Part shown: positions 35,750-40,546 of the stretch, piece by piece
Layout of the letters: every line of letters starts with the position of its first letter
Numbering within the stretch: position 1 is the first letter of the stretch
Source: a bacterium
GTDB taxonomy: Bacteria > Bacteroidota > Bacteroidia > Bacteroidales > Bacteroidaceae
Reading direction: 5' to 3'
Assembly: GCA_963618035.1 (NCBI GenBank)
Contig: CAVERK010000001.1
Location: 1-40,546 of the forward strand
Length of the DNA stretch: 40,546 bases
The notes under the pieces: generated by a model
Told to the model about the DNA's origin: nothing
What the model saw: the letters and a program-made list of their open reading frames with translations, nothing else
Database searches by the model: none
Program-made: the position numbers and the translations under genes

Positions 35750-36679
35750 ATGGACAAGACAACAGACAACGTCCCGCAGGGACAACAGCCGACGGAGACG
35801 CTGCGGCTCATATTCCCGCAGAGCGCGGGCATAATGAATGAAAGCTGGATACCGCAGGACCGTGGTGCCGACACCTTGCGCCAGGGCTATGAGATAGGGT
35901 CGTCGCTGCTCGGCATGCTCATGCCAGGCGGCAGCACGGCACCGACGGTGCAGATACCGCTGTCGGAAGAAGCGAGCGACCCGAAGTCGAAGCTCGGCAT
36001 GGAGAACTATGACAATGTCCTGCGGCAGACAAAGCTCACCAGTGACATAGTGCGCCGCCATGACCCCGCACGCATCGTGTCGCTGGCAGGCGACTTCACC
36101 GCCAGCGTCGTGCCCATCGGCTATCTGGCGCGTCGCTACTTCAAGGACATGGCTGTCATCTGGATTGATGCCAGTCCCGACGTGTCCATACCTTATACTA
36201 TGGCTCTCATGGCATGGCTCGGCAAGCGTCTGAAGGAGTTCAACACCATGTGGCCGGCAATGATTCCGGCATCGAAACTGCTGGCGGTGGGCTATCGGGC
36301 GTGGAACCAGGGGCTGAACGAGTGGCAGGACAACTTGGGACTGAAAGGCGTATCGCCGCGCAACATCACCACCGACGGCAGTGCGCAGGTCAGGGAGTGG
36401 CTGCGTGGTACGGGTGTGGGCAAGGTGTTCATACACCTCGACCTCGATGTGCTTGACCCTGGGGAGATGATGTCCTCGTCAAGCCGGCCTGTAGACAACG
36501 ACGGCCACCGGCGCGGCATACGCATGCAGGAGGTCGTGCAGCTCATCAACGATGTGGCGGCGGCCTACGACCTTGTCGGGCTTACCGTTGTGGAGACCAT
36601 TCCGCGTGTGGCGTTGTCGCTGCGCACCATGCTGGAGCAGCTGCCGCTCTTCACCGATGCGAAGAAGGACGAGGCCTGA
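35750..36679 (+). CDS. Arginase/ureohydrolase-fold protein with degenerate metal ligands
   Basis: AGDFTASV (cf. GGDHS), WIDASPD (cf. DAHxD), HLDLDVLDP, GLTVVE; TACTTTTG box at 35669-35676. Confidence 0.8.
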   Translation: MDKTTDNVPQGQQPTETLRLIFPQSAGIMNESWIPQDRGADTLRQGYEIGSSLLGMLMPGGSTAPTVQIPLSEEASDPKSKLGMENYDNVLRQTKLTSDIVRRHDPARIVSLAGDFTASVVPIGYLARRYFKDMAVIWIDASPDVSIPYTMALMAWLGKRLKEFNTMWPAMIPASKLLAVGYRAWNQGLNEWQDNLGLKGVSPRNITTDGSAQVREWLRGTGVGKVFIHLDLDVLDPGEMMSSSSRPVDNDGHRRGIRMQEVVQLINDVAAAYDLVGLTVVETIPRVALSLRTMLEQLPLFTDAKKDEA

Positions 36680-36688
36680 CGGTCCACT

Positions 36689-37276
36689 TCACTCCACGGC
36701 ATCACGGCTGTCGCGCCACACCATGCGCATATATTCATGTCCGAAGATGAACATGGTGCCCTCCTGGCGGAACCCTATGCTCCTGTAGAGCCGCAGGGCG
36801 TTGGCGTTGGCAGGGTCGCACGCCAGTATTGGCAGCAGGTGCTTCTCGCGTGCTTTCTCAACGCCGTACTTCAGCAGTAGGGAGGCTATGCCGTGACCGC
36901 GATGTTGCGGGAGCACGGCCAGTGAGTCAAGGTAATACTCGCCGTCGCCGGTCTCGTCGTCCATCTTGTCGATGTCGAATTCCAGCATGTCCTTTGGCAC
37001 AAGTCCAAAGGTGCGGAGTTTCACCTCGTGGTAGCCGTGACCGTCGTAGGAGATGAGTGCCCCTGCCGGCTCACCGCCGATTTTGGCTATGACGGCGTTC
37101 TGCCATGAGTAGAGCGTATCGGTGCGGCGGCAGATGTCCGTCAGGTTCTCGTCGGGTGCTCCGCCGTTCTCCATAATGGACATCCCGATGGCTTCGACCA
37201 TCACCGTTGCCACAAATTCCACATCTTCGGCCGTTGCCGGTTCCACTGTAATAAGGTCTTTCTTGTCTGCTTCCAT
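36689..37276 (-). CDS. GNAT family N-acetyltransferase
   Basis: Motif A YYLDSLAVLPQHRGHGIASLL; motif B NANALRLYRSIGF; TACATTTG box at 37326-37319. Confidence 0.9.
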   Translation of the reverse strand: MEADKKDLITVEPATAEDVEFVATVMVEAIGMSIMENGGAPDENLTDICRRTDTLYSWQNAVIAKIGGEPAGALISYDGHGYHEVKLRTFGLVPKDMLEFDIDKMDDETGDGEYYLDSLAVLPQHRGHGIASLLLKYGVEKAREKHLLPILACDPANANALRLYRSIGFRQEGTMFIFGHEYMRMVWRDSRDAVE

Positions 37277-37716
37277 TTTGTCGGTCTCCTGTAATTACAT
37301 GTTTGTGTGTTGTGCCCGCAAATGTACAACTTCTTCTGTTGACGGCACAAGGCGTGTTCTCTGAAAGGCATCGCTTGCTGCATCTACAGGAACGGTCAGG
37401 TGAACTTTATTGCAAACTTTGCTAATTGCTCGACGTCATGTCATAATGTCATATCTGATGTGTAATGCGCTGATGTGTAGTGGCTTTACTTGTCAGTGTT
37501 GGGGTGTGATGCCTTGATTATATATGTCATCTTGTCTCATTTGGGAAAACTTTATGGATGTAGGAGGGCGGTGTTGTTCGCCAAAGTTGCATACTATGTG
37601 GCTATGAAAATTGTCATTTGCAATAAACGGTTAATAGACAAACGCTTCTCTGAACAGGCAATTTTGCACACGGAAAAATGTTGTTGTGGACGTACAAGCG
37701 TGTAGTTTTTTATCCA

Positions 37717-37724
37717 TACCTTTG
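37717..37724 (+). promoter_or_regulatory. -7 promoter box for nrdD-nrdG
   Basis: TACCTTTG, 38 bp before ATG 37763. Confidence 0.65.
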
Positions 37725-37762
37725 ACAACCCAAAGAAACAGGAAAACATAACATAAACGACA

Positions 37763-39871
37763 ATGGAAATGCAGAACTTCACCATCACCAAGCGAGACGG
37801 CAAGGCCGACAGGTTCTCGCTCGACAAGATAATGAATGCCATAATCAAGGCATTCGCGTCCGTTAACGAACCTCTTGATCTCGGCAGTCTGTCGAAGATC
37901 ATCAGCCATCTTGACATCCGTGAGGGCATAAAGGTGGAGGACATACAGAACCAGGTCGAGGAGGCACTGATGCGCGAACAGTATTTCAAGGTGGCAAAGT
38001 CGTTCATGCTCTACCGCCAGCGTCACACCGAAGACCGCGAGACACTGGAGAAGATGCAGTTCCTGTCCGACTATTGTGCTGCGTCGAACGCTGCATCCGG
38101 CTCTAAGTATGATGCCAACGCCAACGTTGAACACAAGAACATAGCCACGCTCATCGGTGAGCTGCCGAAGTCGAACTTCATACGCCTGAACCGCCGCCTG
38201 CTGACAGAGAGCATCAAGAAGATGTACGGCAAGGAACTGGCCGACCGCTATATTGACCTGCTGACACACCATTTTATATATAAGAACGACGAGACCAGCC
38301 TCGCCAACTACTGCGCCTCAATAACCATGTACCCCTGGCTCATTGGCGGCACCACCGGCATTGGCGGCAACTCCACCGCCCCGACAAACCTCAAGTCGTT
38401 CTGTGGCGGGTTCATCAACATGGTCTTCATCGTCAGCTCGATGCTGGCAGGTGCGTGCGCCACACCTGAGTTCCTGATGTACATGAACTACTTCATTCAG
38501 AAGGAATACGGCTACGACTACTGGCAGCATCCCGACCAGGTGGTGGACATGAGCCTGAGGCAGCGCACGCTCGACAAGGTCATCACCGACTACTTCGAGC
38601 AGATTGTCTACTCGCTGAACCAGCCCACGGGAGCACGCAACTTCCAGGCCGTGTTCTGGAACATCAGCTACTACGACCACTACTACTTCGACAGTCTGTT
38701 CGGCAACTTCTATTTCCCCGACGGCAGCAAGCCCGACTGGGACGGACTGTCGTGGCTTCAGAAACGCTTCATGAAGTGGTTCAACCAGGAGCGCACGAAG
38801 GCTGTGCTGACATTCCCCGTCGAGACAATGGCACTGCTGACCGAGAACGGCGACTGCAAGGACCGCGAGTGGGGCGACTTTGCCGCAGAGATGTACAGCG
38901 AGGGACACTCGTTCTTCACCTACATGAGCGACAATGCCGACTCGCTTAGCTCGTGCTGCCGGCTGCGCAACGAGATACAGGACAACGGCTTCAGCTACAC
39001 GCTGGGTGCCGGAGGCGTGTCGACAGGCTCGAAGAGCGTGCTGACCATCAACCTGAACCGCTGCATCCAGTATGCCGTGAACCACAAGATGGACTACCGC
39101 GAATACCTGAGCGACATCATCGACCTGTGCCACAAGGTGCAGCTGGCCTACAACGAGAACCTCAAGGAACTGCAGAAGTGCGGAATGTTGCCCCTGTTCG
39201 ATGCAGGGTACATCAACATGAGCAGGCAGTATCTGACGATAGGCGTCAACGGACTGGTCGAGGCAGCCGAGTTCATGGGGCTGACCATCAACGACAATCC
39301 GGACTACAAGCACTTCGTGCAGGAGGTTCTGGGGCTGGTCGAGAAGTTCAACAAGCAGTACCGCACCAAAGACACGCTCTTCAACTGCGAGATGATACCT
39401 GCCGAGAACGTCGGCGTGAAGCACTCGAAGTGGGACAGGGAAGACGGCTACCTCGTGCCGCGCGAGTGCTACAACAGCTATTTCTACATCGTCGAGGACG
39501 ACAGCCTGAGCATCATAGACAAGTTCAAGCTGCACGGTGCGCCATACATCGAGCACCTCACGGGCGGTTCGGCACTGCACATGAACCTGGAGGAGCACCT
39601 CAGCAAGGCGCAATACCGCCAGCTGCTCTGCGTGGCTGCCAAGGAGGGATGCAACTACTTCACGTTCAACATCCCCAACACCATCTGCAACGACTGCGGA
39701 CACATCGACAAGCGTTACCTGCACGAATGTCCTGTCTGCCACAGCAAGAACGTGGACTACATGACGCGCATCATCGGCTACCTGAAGCGCGTGAGCAACT
39801 TCTCCGCAGCGCGTCAGGCCGAAGCACACCGCCGCTACTATGCCGGCGAGGAGAAGCTGGTGGAGAGCTGA
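37763..39871 (+). CDS. nrdD: Anaerobic (class III) ribonucleoside-triphosphate reductase with an N-terminal ATP cone
   Basis: ATP cone ITKRDG...KIMNAIIKA; SSCCRL; PAEN; GGSALH; CxxC...CPxC zinc site; TRIIGYL glycyl-radical loop. Confidence 0.96.
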   Translation: MEMQNFTITKRDGKADRFSLDKIMNAIIKAFASVNEPLDLGSLSKIISHLDIREGIKVEDIQNQVEEALMREQYFKVAKSFMLYRQRHTEDRETLEKMQFLSDYCAASNAASGSKYDANANVEHKNIATLIGELPKSNFIRLNRRLLTESIKKMYGKELADRYIDLLTHHFIYKNDETSLANYCASITMYPWLIGGTTGIGGNSTAPTNLKSFCGGFINMVFIVSSMLAGACATPEFLMYMNYFIQKEYGYDYWQHPDQVVDMSLRQRTLDKVITDYFEQIVYSLNQPTGARNFQAVFWNISYYDHYYFDSLFGNFYFPDGSKPDWDGLSWLQKRFMKWFNQERTKAVLTFPVETMALLTENGDCKDREWGDFAAEMYSEGHSFFTYMSDNADSLSSCCRLRNEIQDNGFSYTLGAGGVSTGSKSVLTINLNRCIQYAVNHKMDYREYLSDIIDLCHKVQLAYNENLKELQKCGMLPLFDAGYINMSRQYLTIGVNGLVEAAEFMGLTINDNPDYKHFVQEVLGLVEKFNKQYRTKDTLFNCEMIPAENVGVKHSKWDREDGYLVPRECYNSYFYIVEDDSLSIIDKFKLHGAPYIEHLTGGSALHMNLEEHLSKAQYRQLLCVAAKEGCNYFTFNIPNTICNDCGHIDKRYLHECPVCHSKNVDYMTRIIGYLKRVSNFSAARQAEAHRRYYAGEEKLVES

Positions 39872-39874
39872 GGC

Positions 39875-40345
39875 GTGCTGAAGTATGTCAACACAGGGAT
39901 TGTGTTCCAGGAAATCCCTGACGAGGTGACGCTGTCTGTCAACATCTCCAACTGTCCGTGCCGGTGTCCTGGATGCCACAGCCAGTATCTGTGGCGGGAC
40001 ATCGGCACGCCGCTGACAGCAGATGCTTTGGACGGCATGATTGCCCGCAACGGCGGTGACATGACGTGCGTCTGCTTCATGGGCGGAGATGCCGAGCCGG
40101 AAGCCGTGAGCCTGCTGGCACGCCATGTGCACAGCCGCCATCCGCAGCTCAGGGTGGCATGGTACAGCGGCCGCCAGCTCCTGCCGCGCAGCATCGACCG
40201 CAGGGATTTCGACTACATAAAGCTGGGGCCGTACATCCGCCATCTCGGGCCGCTGAACAAGCCGACCACCAACCAGCGTCTGTACCGCTGTGCTCCCGAC
40301 GGCACAATGACCGACATCACCTCCCGCTTTTGGAGGAAGCCGTGA
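39875..40345 (+). CDS. nrdG: Class III RNR activating enzyme (radical SAM)
   Basis: GTG start; CPCRCPGCHS, FMGGD, WYSG, KLGPY, TTNQR; directly follows nrdD. Confidence 0.93.
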   Translation: MLKYVNTGIVFQEIPDEVTLSVNISNCPCRCPGCHSQYLWRDIGTPLTADALDGMIARNGGDMTCVCFMGGDAEPEAVSLLARHVHSRHPQLRVAWYSGRQLLPRSIDRRDFDYIKLGPYIRHLGPLNKPTTNQRLYRCAPDGTMTDITSRFWRKP

Positions 40346-40480
40346 CAACCTCCCGTTGTGATTATAACTCAAGTTTCGGATTTATTGCTGTCCGCTATCC
40401 CGAACCCGCATATCCTTCTCTCGTTGCCGGACTACTGTTTGCTGTCTCCCTCTCTCCCAGTACTCCTTTTTGTTTCGATT

Positions 40481-40546
40481 AATCGGTACTGCAGTACCGA
40501 TTAACTGGTACGCCAGTACCGGCTATATGGTACTGCAGTACCAACC
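40481..40546. repeat. Tandem array of at least three 22-bp palindromic units (family C), truncated by the window end
   Basis: Units aatcggtactgcagtaccgatt (perfect palindrome), aactggtacgccagtaccggct and atatggtactgcagtaccaacc. Confidence 0.9.

Noticed and set aside
1..40546. tRNA, rRNA or known riboswitch
   Set aside because: No cloverleaf, rRNA or riboswitch consensus recognised by eye in the intergenic regions; an Rfam/tRNAscan run is needed to exclude them formally.

Overview
Gene-dense window from a Bacteroidales genome (Prevotellaceae-like, judged from gene order and TAnnTTTG promoters). It opens with an accessory block of exported hydrolases and glycan genes: an alpha/beta hydrolase-dicupin fusion, a second alpha/beta hydrolase, an MBL-fold hydrolase, a GH106 rhamnosidase, a HexNAc-kinase-like APH protein and a GH109. 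Mostly core genes follow: PBP1a, a FolK-like::KdsB fusion, M16, a MORN protein, Gfo/Idh/MocA, hslR-pth-rplY, PUR/DUF3276, LMW-PTP, TlpA, nusB-yajC-ybbR-coaE, mutS2, DinD::RhuM, a 4Fe-4S aldo/keto reductase, recR, ygiQ, a degenerate arginase, a GNAT and nrdD-nrdG. I saw no tRNA, rRNA, CRISPR array or transposase. The most striking unexplained signal is four intergenic tandem arrays of ~20-bp palindromes with a 22-23 bp period (10270, 20354, 33097, 40481). Two are the same element with different unit counts (10 and 5) and the same tail motif. A third keeps the geometry but has compensatory changes in both arms. The fourth is a different sequence with the same period. Product calls come from motif recognition only; no database searches were run.
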